Assembly: GCF_006345805.1 (NCBI RefSeq) | Contig: NC_043022.1 | Location: 2,604,001 to 2,668,000 of the forward strand | From: Octopus sinensis | Lineage: Eukaryota | Direction of reading: 5' to 3' | Length of the DNA stretch: 64,000 bases | Shown here: positions 12,120-24,377 of the stretch, piece by piece | Layout of the letters: the number at the start of each line of letters is the position of its first letter | Position numbering within the stretch: the first letter of the stretch is position 1 | Notes under the pieces: generated by a model | The model's input: only the letters and a program-made list of their open reading frames with translations | Database searches by the model: none | What the model was told of the DNA's origin: nothing | Made by a program: the position numbers and the translations under genes

Positions 12120-12480
12120 TTATTCTTTTATGTTAGGGTAAAGACCTCCTTCGGTCATGAATGACCATAGGATTGCACCCAGAAAGTTCCCCCTCCTGGG
12201 CACATGTTCTATAAACATGGTTGTTTATAGAAGACGCGTAGTCATCCATGCATAACAGTCTCTCCTCTCCATGGTACAGATGTTATCCCAAAAAAAAGGG
12301 CAAAGGCTGAGACAGCTTGGTACCAATGACATCACAACTCATTTCTACAGATGAGTGAACTTGAGCAATGTGAAATAAAGTGTCTTCCTCAAGAACATAA
12401 TACACAGCTTGGTCCAGAAATTGAACTCACTACCTCATGATTGTGAGCCCGATGCTCTAACCACTGCGCCATGTACCTTT
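12120..12480 (-). mobile_element. SINE with family D head and a distinct tail
   Basis: Minus head ggtacatggcgcagtggttagagcatcgggctcacaatcatgaggtagtgagttcaatt; tail ggtcattcatgaccgaaggaggtctttaccc. Confidence 0.75.
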
Positions 12481-12680
12481 ACTCCTTTACATTATATACA
12501 GGGGTTGGACTAAATAATGGAAACACTTAGCATCATAATCTTGTAATATCTATAAAACCATCAAAAGTTTGTTTATTTTTATGTTTTTTTGATTTATTAT
12601 TAGTGTTGCTTGATATGTTTTGCTAAAATTGCTGTTTCTTTTCAAATATCATCAGAAAAAGGTAATCAAAATTCATTAAA

Positions 12681-13897
12681 ATGACAGATCTATCGGACTT
12701 TCAAAGAGGGCAAATTGTTGGTGCTCGTATGGCAAGTGCTAGTATAATGAAAACAGCTGAAATGTTTGGTGTATCAAGAAGTACAGCCGTTGAGAAAGAG
12801 GGAAAAACCTCCTCGTCGAAACAAAACTTCGGAAGAAAGCCAAAACTTTCAGATAGGGGCCATCAGACTGTTACGTGAATTGTTAGAAAGAATCGCAAAA
12901 GTACTGTTCCAAAATTACTGCAGAGCTTAACAACCACCTCGAGAACCCAGTTTCCACAAAAACTGTTTGCCGGGAGTTGCACAAAGCCAGATTTCACGGG
13001 AGGGCTGTAATCAGAAAACCACTACTTTCAAAAACAAATGTTGCAAAGCGTTTAGAGCAGTGGAAGAATTTTAATTTCTTGGATAGGTCATCCTTTTATT
13101 TCTGACCACTGGCCGAGTATATGTGTGGAGACAGCCAAAAGAAGCATTTGACCCAGTCTGCCTTCTTCCAACTATTAAACATGAAGGAGGTTCTGTGATG
13201 ATCTGGGGGGCTACATCTTGGAAATCCACTGGCCCAATGGTTTCCCTTAATGGCAGAATTAATAGTCAAGACTATTTAAACATTTTATTTGATCAAATTC
13301 ATCCTGTGGTTACAGAACTGTTTCCAGAGGGTAACACAATCTTTCAGGGTGATAATGCACCAATTCACACAGCTAAAGTTCTTACTGAATGATATGAGAA
13401 CATTCTAGCAAAGTTGAACATCTTATCTGGCCATCACAGTCCCCAGATCTCAATATTATTGAACATTTATGGTGCATTTTAGAAAAACAAGCAAGGAAAT
13501 TACTATTTTTAAATCTCACGAGAGATATTTAGCAACAATACTTTGGAGTAAAGATTATTTGCCAACATAACATGGCAGTCCTGGTTTAGGACGAATGTTG
13601 CTGTAATTTAGTCCGAGGAGACATTGTCTCCGGCTGGCTATACAACACGATCTGTATCTTATAAATTACAGTAACATTCGTCCTAAACCAGGACTGCCAT
13701 GTCATATTGGGAAACAATCTTTACTCCAACAAGTAAGGAGTCGATATCCTCCACCATCATCACTACAAGAACTAGAGACTGTTTTAGCTGAAGAATGGAC
13801 AAAAATTCCTTTGGAAACAATTCCAACTTTGTACGAGTCCATGCCTTGTAGAATTCAAGCTGTAATTACTGCCAAAGGTGGTCCTACCCCATATTAA
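12681..13897 (+). pseudogene. Tc1 DD34E transposase pseudogene (stops, frameshifts, internal insertion)
   Basis: MTDLSDFQRGQIVGARMA (HTH), KHEGGSVMIWG, FQGDNAPIHTA, WPSQSPDLNIIEHLW, RIQAVITAKGGPTPY*. Confidence 0.93.
13497..13729. mobile_element. Fold-back insertion inside the Tc1 transposase
   Basis: ~70-bp imperfect inverted arms (13543 to 13729); flanked by aacaag[c/t]aagga at 13486-13497 and 13728-13739. Confidence 0.75.
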
Positions 13898-14049
13898 AAT
13901 AAATTTGTTTGAAATTTTAAGGTGTTTCCATTATTTTGTCCAACCTCTGTATATATATATATATATCACCGTGACCAACCAGGCTGTCAGGTGGGGCGGA
14001 GGGAGGTGGGTGGTATTCTACAATAGTTGCATGACTTAACATCAACAGA

Positions 14050-14071
14050 ATATTTATGTATCATACTAACC

Positions 14072-14115
<44 letters not shown>

Positions 14116-14185
14116 ACACACATACACACACACACATACACACACACATACACACACACATATACACACACACAACATACTAACC

Positions 14186-14220
<35 letters not shown>

Positions 14221-14376
14221 CACATTCAGATGTACTCTCTCTCTCTCTCTCACATACATACACACACATGCAGTCAGATTCATACACACTTTCTCTCACA
14301 CACACACAATCACACTTGCTCATACACACAGGCACACATACAACCAAATTCTTACACTCACCCAAACATGCTCACA

Positions 14377-14407
<31 letters not shown>

Positions 14408-14770
14408 CACACACACACTTTGACGCACACTCACTCACTCACACTCACAGGTACACATACACTGAGATTCTCCCACTCTCTCTCTCATACACACATACAC
14501 ACAAGCACACTTGCTCTCACACACACAGACAACACACACACACACACACACACACACAGAGGCACACATACAACCAAATTCTTACACTCACCCACACATG
14601 CTCACTCTCACACACACTTTGATGCACACTCACTCACAGGTACACATTCATTGAGATTCTCCCTCCCTCCCTCCCTCTCTCTCACACATCCTCTGACATA
14701 CGCACATACATTCACACACGTACATACATTTTCACAAACACACACACACAACACACACACACACAAGGGC
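14050..14770. repeat. Compound (CA)n/(CT)n low-complexity array
   Basis: Direct inspection; explains the HT-rich ORFs. Confidence 0.95.
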
Positions 14771-15059
14771 CATGGTGTCAATCACCATTGACATAGTCAT
14801 AAACAATCAGTGAAGAATCAAATTACTTGTCCCTCCTCCTCCTCCTCCTCTCCTCCTCCACCTCCCCTTCCTCCTCCTCCACCTCTTCCTCCTGTGAAGC
14901 CATTATTCAGGGACAGTGGTTACTCTTTCTGCAAATCCAAGTCTCCAAACTGATTGGCATAAAATCATTCTCAGGCATGCACTAATCTCTGACTCACAGA
15001 CATTCTGTCTCCTCTGTGCGCGTGTGTGTGTGTGTTTGTGTGTGTGTGTCCTCGCCTGT

Positions 15060-15245
15060 GCTTGTGCCATGCAAAAAGCACCAGGTCCACTCTGCTGAGT
15101 GGTTGGCGTCAGGAAGGGCATCCAACTATAGAAACCCTGCCAAAGCAGACACAGAAGTCTGGTGCTGGCTTCTGCTTGACCAGCTCTTGTCAAACCGTCC
15201 CACCCATGCCAGCCTGGAAGGTGGATCTTGAACGATGATGATGAC
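15060..15245 (+). mobile_element. Family E 3' tail
   Basis: ggttggcgtcaggaagggcatcc...cccatgccagc...gatgatgatg. Confidence 0.8.
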
Positions 15246-15437
15246 GACAAAACAAATATTTAAGTGTTGGTTATGTTCAAGGTACCCCTTATAACATAAG
15301 GGGTACTTGAGGAGATGCACCTACACAGAGGGATGCACCACAACCAGTTGTACGGTATTCCACCCATGAGGGATCAATGCAGGAAGCATTAAAACAATTT
15401 CAAGCCTTGTGCCTATATTATTGTTATTATTCTTAGT

Positions 15438-15820
15438 GGAGGCGCAATGGCCCAGTGGTTAGGGCAGCGGACTCGCGGTCATAGGATCGCGGTTTCGATT
15501 CCCAGACCGGGCGTTGTGAGTGTTTATTGAGCGAAAACACCTAAAAGGCTCCACGAGGCTCCGGCAGGGGATGGTGGCGATCCCTGCTGTACTCTTTCAC
15601 CACAACTTTCTCTCGCTCTTACTTCCTGTTTCTGTTGTACCTGTATTTCAAAAGGCCGGCCTTGTCACTCTCTGTGTCACGCTGAATATCCCCGAGAACT
15701 ACGTTAAGGGTACACGTGTCTGTGGAGTGCTCAACCACTTACACGTTAATTTCACGAGCAGGCTGTTCCGTTAATCGGATCAACCGGAACCCTCGTCGTC
15801 GTAACCGATGGAGTGCTTCC
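15438..15820 (+). mobile_element. SINE family C, tail type 1
   Basis: tRNA-like head ggaggcgcaatggcccagtggttagggcagcggactcgcggtc, B-box-like gtttcgattccc; near-identical to 63060-63445. Confidence 0.92.
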
Positions 15821-16174
15821 TTATTATTCTTAATAATAATAATAATAATCAATTCTTTTTTATTGGCCACAAGGGCTGACACGCATGATTACATAAAGGG
15901 ACAAGACAGGACGAAAGGTTACAAAGGGTTTTGCCGTTTTTTTAAAAACATCGAGTAAAAATCTTTATAACAACTTATAAATTTCAACAATGAAAAACTC
16001 CCAAAAGGGGGAGACGTTTCGAAAGGTTCCTGGTGGAAAAAACCCTACAAAAGCCAACGGGAGCCTGGTCAAAAAAAAGGGGGTGTAGAGAGTCCCCTTT
16101 CTTCTCCTTTTACATTACCCTTTTCTTTGAAATCACAGGCGAAACCTGAGAACTGGTCCATTTATACAGGCCAG

Positions 16175-19100
16175 TCACGCACAATTCACCCACCTTTCAT
16201 AAAACTTGCTATCGGACAGCACTTTCCTCTCTAACCTCATCTTCCTTTTCAAGTGAAACTTGAAAAAGTTGATGAGGCCTTGACCAAAGAGGAAAGTGTC
16301 TGACTTTAGCCCTTTCAAACGAGTCCACCACACGACCTCTTTCGCCACAGCCACTAGGCACAAGAAAACGGCCTCGCCCTCCTTGTTAAAGGAGGTTGGC
16401 GGGGCAATCTTCACTATGGATTCGGCCGATAGTCGGATCCGTCCTACACGTGACAGTAGCTGTTCGACATAAACCCATATTTCAGCAATACTCGGGCACT
16501 GAACGAGTGCGTGCAGAACGGTTTCGTCGTCCTGGCAACACCTCGGGCAGGCCCGGCTGACGGCACTTCTGTGCCGGTAGAGTTTATCTCGAACAGGCAG
16601 AGCCCCTCGGTAGCACTGCCAAGCGAGAGACCTCTGGAAATTATCCATCGGCCCCGGCCCGAAAGTCCTCCCGAACAGACCGCACAGTTCGTCATCTTCA
16701 ACGCCTAGAGTTTCCCCGAGAACGTCGTCGCATTTTTCCTCCACTAACCCTCTATAGAACGCTAGAGTGGAGCTGTAACCGACCGCATTGCCCGCCTGGC
16801 GGAGGGCGGAGAGGGCTTGACGGCACTCGAGGTGCCAAGCGCCCTTTCTCGGTCTACGTTTGATCCAGGTCTGCAGTTCCGTCAAAGAGACGAGCTGCGG
16901 AAAATCGCGTCTGACAAAAGACGACCACACCTGTTCACCGTCTAGGAAGCGCTTGAGATGCCGCAGCCTTTGCGCATGTCTGCGCAACAGCAACCACGGC
17001 ATTCCAAGGCCTCCGTTCAGCGGTCGTTGACAGCAGATGGATCGCCTGACCAGTGGCACCTGACCCTTCCACAAAAAGTCGAAGAGCAGACGTACCAGCT
17101 TGGCCAACCAGCGGTCGGGACAAGGGACGACGGTCAAGCGGTAATAGATGACGGATGCGATGTACGCATTCGCCACCTCCGCTCGACCTTTCAGGGACAG
17201 CTTCCTCTCGGCCCATTTCTGGGTGAGACGTGCCACCCTGCTCGTCACCTCTTCCCAGTTCTTATTCACCTGGAGGTTGGGACCGAACCAGACCCCGAGC
17301 AGTTTAACGGGTCCGTCTGTCCAGCGTCCTACGACGCTGTTGGACGGCATGGGCTTGCCTCTCCAGGTGCCCAGTTGCAAGCCCACAGACTTTTCCGCGT
17401 TAATCTTTGCCCCTGTCACCGCTTCGTACTGGTTTAGCGTCTCGCCAATCAGGCCATGTGCCTGTGGCTCGACACCACCACGGTGACGTCGTCGGCATAA
17501 GCAGACACGCTGTTTCCGCCTCCTAGATCGCGCGGGATACCCCTCAAAGCCTCCAACTTGCGCAGTAATGGCTCGAGAGTCAAAATGTACAAGAGGGAGG
17601 AGAGAGGGCATCCTTGGCGGACCGAACGCGAGATGTCGAACGGTTCCGAAAGGTGACCGTTCACCCGTATCACTGAGCAGATGTTGCTGTATAAAGCAGC
17701 GATCCACCCGCGGAAGACTGGACCGAAGCCGGCTGCCCTGAGGACAGCTGCCAGGTACCGATGGTCGACCCTATCGAAGGCTTTACTCTGATCCAAGTTG
17801 ATCAAAGCCCCACCCGCGCCAGCGTCGTTACCCACCCTCTCTATGATGTAGCGCATGAGATGGAGGTTGTCGTGTATCGACCTGGTCGGCACGGCGCATG
17901 TCTGCGTCTCGCCGACCAGCTTGTCCACGACTAGCGCCAATCTCTTGGCTAGCACCTTGGCCAAAATCTTCAACTCTGCATTGAGCAGAGTGATGGGCCG
18001 GAAATTCCCTATAACGTCCCCCTTGTTTGGGTCCTTCTTTAGCAAAGCCACCACCCCTCGACAGACAAAAGCAGGAATTCTCCCGTTTTGCTGCCAGTTG
18101 CAGTAGACGTTTGCCAACAGGTCCGCAAACAAGTCTGGCATTGAAAAGTAAAGCTCGTAGGGCAGACCATCCAAACCCGGCGATCTACCTCTCGTGCAAC
18201 TCTTCATCGCTTCCTGTACTTCCCAGGCAGATATCGGTCCTTCGCAGCACTCTGCCTCGCTGTCCGAGAGTTGCGGCAGTCCGTCCAAGTACACACCGAA
18301 GTCTGTACCGTTGGTGTCCGTTCCACCGCTCGTCCCAAACAGTTGAGCAAAGTGCCGCTGAAGCACCGTACACATCTGCTTCGGTTGGGTAACCTCACGC
18401 CCGTTCTGGTCCACCAAAGACCGAATGGTTGCTCTGTTGCCTCGCTTCGCCTCCGCCACGCGGGCCCATCGAGCGGCTCTAGTCCCCTCCCCGCTTAGCG
18501 AACGTGCCTTAGCTCTGACAACGCAGCCTTCGTGTTTGGCGTCGAAGTGTTGGTCGAGGGCCAACCTTGCCGCCAACACGTCGGTCGCGATGCCAGTGTC
18601 AAGAGCCTCGTCTAGTTTCTTAACTAAATCCCGCTCTCTCTTCCTACGTTCAATAGCTAGAGCCTTACTATACCTAATCGACTCTACTCTAATTGCTCTC
18701 TTGAGGGCAAACCACCAGTTGTTGTTGATGATTGCCCCCGTGAGCGCCCGCTTAACTAGTAAACTAATCCGGTCTCTGTAAGCTTTGCACGCCGTTAACG
18801 ACGCGTTCAGCTTCCAGTAGCCGGGTCCCTGTCTATGTAGCCTATCTAAGTCGACCGTACAGATCACTAATTTGTGGTCCGTATATTCAACTAGGTGGAA
18901 TTGTGGACACCCTACGCTGTCCTTATCCGCTGGCCTACAAAACACTCTATCTAAGTACGATCTAGACGACCCGATGCGGTTTGTCCAAGTCCACATTGGC
19001 ACATTCGGGTTGTCTAGTCGAAACCTGTCGGACAGCTGAAAGCGGTCGAGTAGGTTGGCGAGGCTCTTGCACCCTCCCCCTCTCCTATCAGACGCTCCCC

Positions 19101-19565
19101 TGCCCACCCGATCGAAACGTTCGTCTAAGACAGCGTTCCAATCCCCAACTAGTACTAGAGTGCGTGACGTTCCCAGGAAAACTTCCAGACGTTTGAAATA
19201 ATCCGACTGCCCTGCTCCTGTCGGAGCGTAGGCAGCCAGCAGTCTGAAAGCACCGCCGTCACTACCGTCGACGTCGAGGACCACCAACTTACCTTCCGGA
19301 TCCAAGAAGACTGTCCTTATTTTCAGGTCCAGGCCCTTCCGAAACAACACCGCAGTACCACCACCGCCCGCTCCCGGCCGACACGGAGATAGAAATATCT
19401 CGTATCCGCCGAAAAGGCTGCGAGTTCCTGCGGGTCGGAGAGCCTGGTTTCACTGATGGCTGCTACATCCACATCATGAAACCTCAGGTCGTTTAACAGG
19501 TGACCCTGTTTCCAAGGTGACCCGAGGCCTCTCACATTCAAGCAACCGATTCTAAGATTTGCCAT
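16175..19565 (-). pseudogene. LINE ORF2 (APE endonuclease, reverse transcriptase, C-terminal zinc finger) with two frameshifts
   Basis: CLNVRGL, ISET, GDWN, YLDRVF, TDH (APE); GPGYWKLN; PGLDGL, FRPITLLN, DQSKAFDRV, VRQGCPLS, YADDV (RT); LSLKGR; CPRCCQDDETVLHALVQC. Frame changes near 19415 and 17460. Confidence 0.93.
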
Positions 19566-19847
19566 GTTTCAAAAGTTAGGGGAAAAAAAAGGAGAAAAAA
19601 GGCTCTACTTACTGTTGTTGGTGGTGGGGGTGGCTCCCTTGTGCTTTTGCACGGGTGCTTCAATAATATTTTTGTAAAGTTTCTGAGAGAAACTTTTCCC
19701 TAACGATCCCACATCGTTAGGGAATATTTGTTTTATTTCGTTGTAAACTGTTTTGTTTATTTTTATTGTGAGAATGTGTGCTGGTGGTGTGTGTGTGTAG
19801 GTATTATGAAATCTGTAATGTTTGTGCTTGTTTTGTTTTTCAAATAC

Positions 19848-20774
19848 TCAACCAGTTCCTGGTTTCTTGTATTCACTGCTGTAATCGTGTCTGTAATTGT
19901 GTCTGTGTTTGTTTGTGTCTGTGGTAGTGGCAGTAGTGGTGTCGAAAGTGTTGTTGTTGTTTGTTGTTGTGAGTGTGTGTTGTTGTTGATGTTGTTGTTG
20001 ATGTTGGGAAGTACTATTTGTTCGTGTTTCCCTGTAAATCTTTTGTTTTTTCCTCCTTTTCTTTTTTGGAGGTACTATGTTCCATTCTCCTTTGTTGGAA
20101 TCAGAGCTCGCACAATCCGAGATCTCTTCATCCGGCAAAGGAATGGTTGAGGGGTCTGCTTCAGTAGCAGGACGAAAAGTTTTTGGTTCCGCCGGTATCG
20201 GTGGTGCCGCTGCTCCTGTTACTGTTGATGTCGCTGCTGTCGACCTTCGAGGTACTGGTGTCGGTGTTGGTTTGGTGGTGGTTGTCGGTGTTGGTTTGGT
20301 GGTGGTTGTCGGTGTTGGTTTGGTGGTGGTTGTTGTTGTTGGAGGTGGTGTTGTTCGTCTTGGTGCTGGTGTTGGTGATGGTGTTGGTGGTGTGGCAGCC
20401 TTTGGTGTTTCTTGCTGTTTTTGTTGTTGTTGTTGTTGTTGTTGCTGCTGCCTCTTGCTGAAAGCCTCCATCCTCTTTTTGTGAATGGGGCAGTCCCTCT
20501 TTAAGTGGCTTTCGCTGCTGCAGAGGAAACATTTTGGCTTTCGCCCCTCCACAGCAACGTTTAGCCTGGTGCCGTCCGGCAAACTTACGAAATCAGGGAC
20601 TTTACTTATATTGTCTTGCTGAATTTGCGCAAGAAGCAGCACTCCCATCCCCAACCAGTTTTTCGCCCTCACTCTCCTGACATCTAGAATGGTGGTAGTG
20701 TCCTCTATATCATAGAGGACAGCTGCCACCAGCCATGACATATCTAGCTCAGGGGGGGCGAGGTCGATATACAC
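19848..20774 (-). CDS. LINE ORF1 (gag-like), probably 5'-incomplete
   Basis: 308 aa open frame; CFLCSSESHLKRDC CCHC knuckle, then polyQ, TTTTKPTP repeats and basic PPKKKRRKK. Confidence 0.8.
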   Translation of the reverse strand: MYIDLAPPELDMSWLVAAVLYDIEDTTTILDVRRVRAKNWLGMGVLLLAQIQQDNISKVPDFVSLPDGTRLNVAVEGRKPKCFLCSSESHLKRDCPIHKKRMEAFSKRQQQQQQQQQQKQQETPKAATPPTPSPTPAPRRTTPPPTTTTTTKPTPTTTTKPTPTTTTKPTPTPVPRRSTAATSTVTGAAAPPIPAEPKTFRPATEADPSTIPLPDEEISDCASSDSNKGEWNIVPPKKKRRKKQKIYRETRTNSTSQHQQQHQQQHTLTTTNNNNTFDTTTATTTDTNKHRHNYRHDYSSEYKKPGTG

Positions 20775-20789
20775 TCTAATATTCTAATA

Positions 20790-21022
20790 TTATTTTTATT
20801 CATAATCTTTTCTACTATAGGCACATAGCCTGGATTTTGTGGGGAGGGGGACAGTTGATCACATCGACACCAGTACGCAACTGGTACTTAATTTATTGAC
20901 CCCGAAAGGATGACAGGCAAAGTTGACCTCGGCAGAATTTGAACTCGGAACGTAGCAATAGGCGAAATACCGCTGAGCATTTCACCCAGAGTGCTGACAG
21001 TTCTGCCCGCTTGCCACCTTGG
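20790..21022 (-). mobile_element. SINE family B0 (older tail type)
   Basis: B head and body with tail ...cccctcccc...aggctatgtgcctatagtagaaaagattat. Confidence 0.85.
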
Positions 21023-21031
21023 TAATAATAA

Positions 21032-21358
21032 CTAGCAGTATCACCCGGCGTTGCTCGGGTTTGTTTCGACCCTTTAGAATTGAACTTTTTGAAAAGTAAA
21101 AATTTTGCATTATGTAGCTTGTTATTCTCCTTAAGTGAACATTTTTCTGGTTGAAATACACCGAAAAATGGCGACACAGCAGTCAAAAAATTGTGAAAAA
21201 TAGGGATTTTCATAGAAAAAAAGCACCTGTTTGATGTAAATAATTTCTGGTGTTAACATGGTCCGATTTGAAGTTTTTTTTCTACGGAAGGAAGAGCAAG
21301 CCTTCTTCTATCATACTCTCAATTTTGATCAACTTGCGCCGCAGGGTCTTGGAGGAGA
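21032..21358 (-). mobile_element. Non-autonomous Helitron-like element, 5'-truncated
   Basis: Homologous to 42877-43485; 3' hairpin cccgagcaacgccggg plus CTAG. Confidence 0.8.
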
Positions 21359-21944
21359 CACTCTAATATTTTCATATCAGTTGCTCTTTTACCACTCACT
21401 TTCGTATGTGTGTGTGTGTGTATCTATGTGCTTCTCACTGCTTGACCTGAAAGTGGGTGTTGGTTTGTTTATGTCTCCATAACTTAGCAGTTCGGCAAAA
21501 AGAGAAAGATAGAGTAAGTACCATTGAAGCAGTGCCCCAGCTTGGCCACAGTCCAGTAACTGAAACAAGTAAAAGAATAAAAGGCTAAAAGAATATGGGA
21601 GTGAGAGAGAGAAAGAGAGAGAGAGTGGGGGGGAACTGGGGGGGAGGGGTGGCATTCAGTTCTATTCCTTTCCAGTTCACTGACATCTATGGTTAGCCAA
21701 AAGGGTTACTCAATCCCTATTTATCTCACATAAATTCACAAACACACACGGATAATGTATGCATAATGTATGCATAATGTATGCATAAATATAATTTATG
21801 TGTGATTCAATGTATGGCATCACTAATGTTGGTGTCATTCAGTGCTGGAACCCAAGGTGCCACCCACCCACAACATGGACATGTGATGCCACCCCCTCCT
21901 CGTTACCTGAAAAGAAAGTCTCTGTAAAGAAATACTCTTTTCCC

Positions 21945-22158
21945 TCTTTTACTCTTTTACTTGTTTCAGTCATTTGACTGCGGCCATGCTGGAGCACCAC
22001 CTTTAATCGAGCAACTCGACCCCGGGACTTATTCTTTGTAAGCCCAGTACTTATTCTATCGGTCTCTTTTGCCGAACCGCTAAGTGACGGGGACATAAAC
22101 ACCCCAGCTTCGGTTGTCAAGCAATGCTAGGGGGTCAAACACAGACACACAAACATAT

Positions 22159-22191
<33 letters not shown>

Positions 22192-22362
22192 CATATATAC
22201 GACAGGCTTCTTTCAGTTTCTGTCTACCAAATCCACTCACAAGGCTTTGGTCGGCCCGAGGCTATAATAGAAGACACTTGCCCAAGGTGCCACGCAGTGG
22301 GACTGAACCCGGAACCATGTGGTTGGTAAGCAAGCTACTTACCACACAGCCACTCCTGCACC
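21945..22362 (-). mobile_element. SINE family A, full length
   Basis: Reverse complement of 2144-2550. Confidence 0.92.
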
Positions 22363-22494
22363 TATAGGTTTTTTTTGTTTTTTTTGGTATTTAATAAACT
22401 CATTAAGCATAATTCTCAAAATATAATGAATTGTATTTATGATCAATAGCACTGATATAAACATCTGGCATATTAAATATTGCGTATTAAGGGG

Positions 22495-22990
22495 GCGAAG
22501 GGCAAGCTGGCAGAATCGTTAGCACACTGGGAAAATTGCTTAGTGGCAGTTCGTCCCATCTTTATGTTCTGAGTTCAAATTCCACCAAGGTTGACTTTGC
22601 CTTTCATCCTTTCAAGGGCCAATAAATTAAGTACCAGTTGCATACTGGGGTTGATGTAATCGACTGGCCCCCTTCCCCCAAAAGATTTCAGGCCTTGTGC
22701 CTATGGTACAAAGGATTATTATTATTATCATCATCAAGGCAGCACACTGGCAGAATTCTTAGCACGCTGGATGAAATGCTTAGCAGTATTCTACCCGTCA
22801 CTACATTCTGAGTTCAAATTCTGCCGAGGTCGACTTTGCCTTTTATTCTTTCAGGGTCAATAAATTAAGTACCAGTAATACATTAGGGTTGATGTTATCA
22901 ACTAGCTCCATCCCACCAAAATTTCAGGCTTTGTGCCTTCTGTAGAAAGGATTATTATTATTATTATATTATTATTATTATTATTATTAT
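22495..22990 (+). mobile_element. Two adjacent SINE B0 copies with (ATT)n tails
   Basis: Two successive B heads and bodies, each ending ggccttgtgcct...aggattattatt. Confidence 0.85.
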
Positions 22991-23122
22991 TGATCCGCAG
23001 TAGTTACAGAGTGACACAAGGACCAAGAGCTTCATGTCTTCGCAGCTTGATAAGTCTGAATACACGAAACTGTCAGCCATTCAGTCACTCTGTAACTGCT
23101 ACTGATTAATAATATATATAAA

Positions 23123-23510
23123 CTGGCAGTATCGCCCGGCGTTGCTCGGGTTTGTAAGGGAAATAACTATATAAGCATTTTTAGAGAGTTATAGCAAAAA
23201 AATGCATTAAAAATGGGAAAAAAATTATGGTAAATTTTTTTTTAAATCGTTGACTCATCGAAGACATTTTTAGAGAGTTACTTCCCTTATGTAATAGCGA
23301 AAAAAATGCATTAAAATGGAAAAAAATGATGGTAAATTTTTTTTTAAATCGTAGACTCATCGTAGACGTGCGCTAATACCCAGAAGGGCTCGATATGAAT
23401 CACGACTATAAGATACCCGGTTTTGGTTAAACTGCACCGCAAAATGTGGGAGTAGTTAGGAATCTAAATTGTAGGAGACAGACACACAACTTGACTTTTA
23501 TATATAAAGA
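23123..23510 (-). mobile_element. Non-autonomous Helitron-like element (second family)
   Basis: Minus 5' end TCtttatatataaaag; same 3' hairpin cccgagcaacgccgggcgatactgc as the other Helitrons but a different interior. Confidence 0.75.
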
Positions 23511-23645
23511 TATAGTTTGACTTGGAGAGCGTACATAGTTGTAACCCCCATTGAGTTTGGGTTGAAACTGTGATCCTGTAAGTCTTCTATAGAAATTATT
23601 CCCAGGGCCTCTTAGAAAAATTTGGCAAGGTGCCACAAGACATAC

Positions 23646-23961
23646 GGAGGCACATGGCCTAGTGGTTAGAGCAGCGGACTGGTGGTCAAGGGATCGCAGG
23701 TTCGAATCTCAGACTGGGCGATGTGTGTGTTTATGAGCGAAAACACCTAAGCCCCATGTGGCTCCGGCAGAAGGTAATGGCGAACTTCTGCTGACTCTTT
23801 CACCACAACTTTCTCTCACTCTTTCCTCCTGTATCTTGCAGCTCACCTGCCCTGCGACGGACCAGTGTCCCGTCACAGGTGGGGAACCTATACGCCAAGG
23901 AAACCGGGAAACGGGCCCTCATAAGCCAGGCATGGCTTGAGAAGGAACAAACAAACAACAA
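23646..23961 (+). mobile_element. SINE family C, tail type 3
   Basis: C head and body to ctctttcaccacaactttctctc, then cctgcgacggaccagtgtccc...gaaggaacaaacaaac. Confidence 0.85.
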
Positions 23962-24144
23962 GACTGTTTTCAGATCCCTTTCTTTCTAAATTCTAAGGGA
24001 TCTGAATTTCATTTTCTGTTATAAAAAGGGCTCTAGTAGTTAGTCATGGGCCCTGTCCTTGGTTCTTTGAGTCCCAAATCGACACACTGGTTCACACCTG
24101 CCTCTTACAGGCCCTGATTAAGCACTCAAACTATTTTAACTGCA

Positions 24145-24377
24145 GATTAAGCACCATCCATTCGTGGCAGTTTGCTCCGTCTGGCACCTGTGCGGGTGGC
24201 ACGTAAAAAGCACCCACTACACCCACGGAGTGGTTGGCGTTAGGAAGGGCATCCAGCTGTAGAAACATTGCCAGATCAGACTGGGCCTGATGTGGCCTTC
24301 TGGCTCCCCAGACCCCAGTTGAACCGTCCAACCCATGCTAGCACGGAAAGCGGACGCTAAATGATGATGATGATGAT
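24145..24377 (+). mobile_element. Family E element, short
   Basis: One internal unit plus E tail and (GAT)n. Confidence 0.88.

Larger units (their letters stand above)
12499..13949 (+). mobile_element. Tc1-family DNA transposon, decayed
   Basis: ~30-bp TIRs caggggttggactaaataatggaaacac / gtgtttccattattttgtccaacctctg, each flanked by TA; internal transposase remnants. Confidence 0.95.
15852..20783 (-). mobile_element. Tx1-clade (L1 superfamily) LINE, near full length
   Basis: ORF1 with CCHC knuckle, ORF2 with APE-RT-zinc finger, ~320-bp 3' UTR ending ccttgtggccaataaaaaagaa. Confidence 0.93.
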
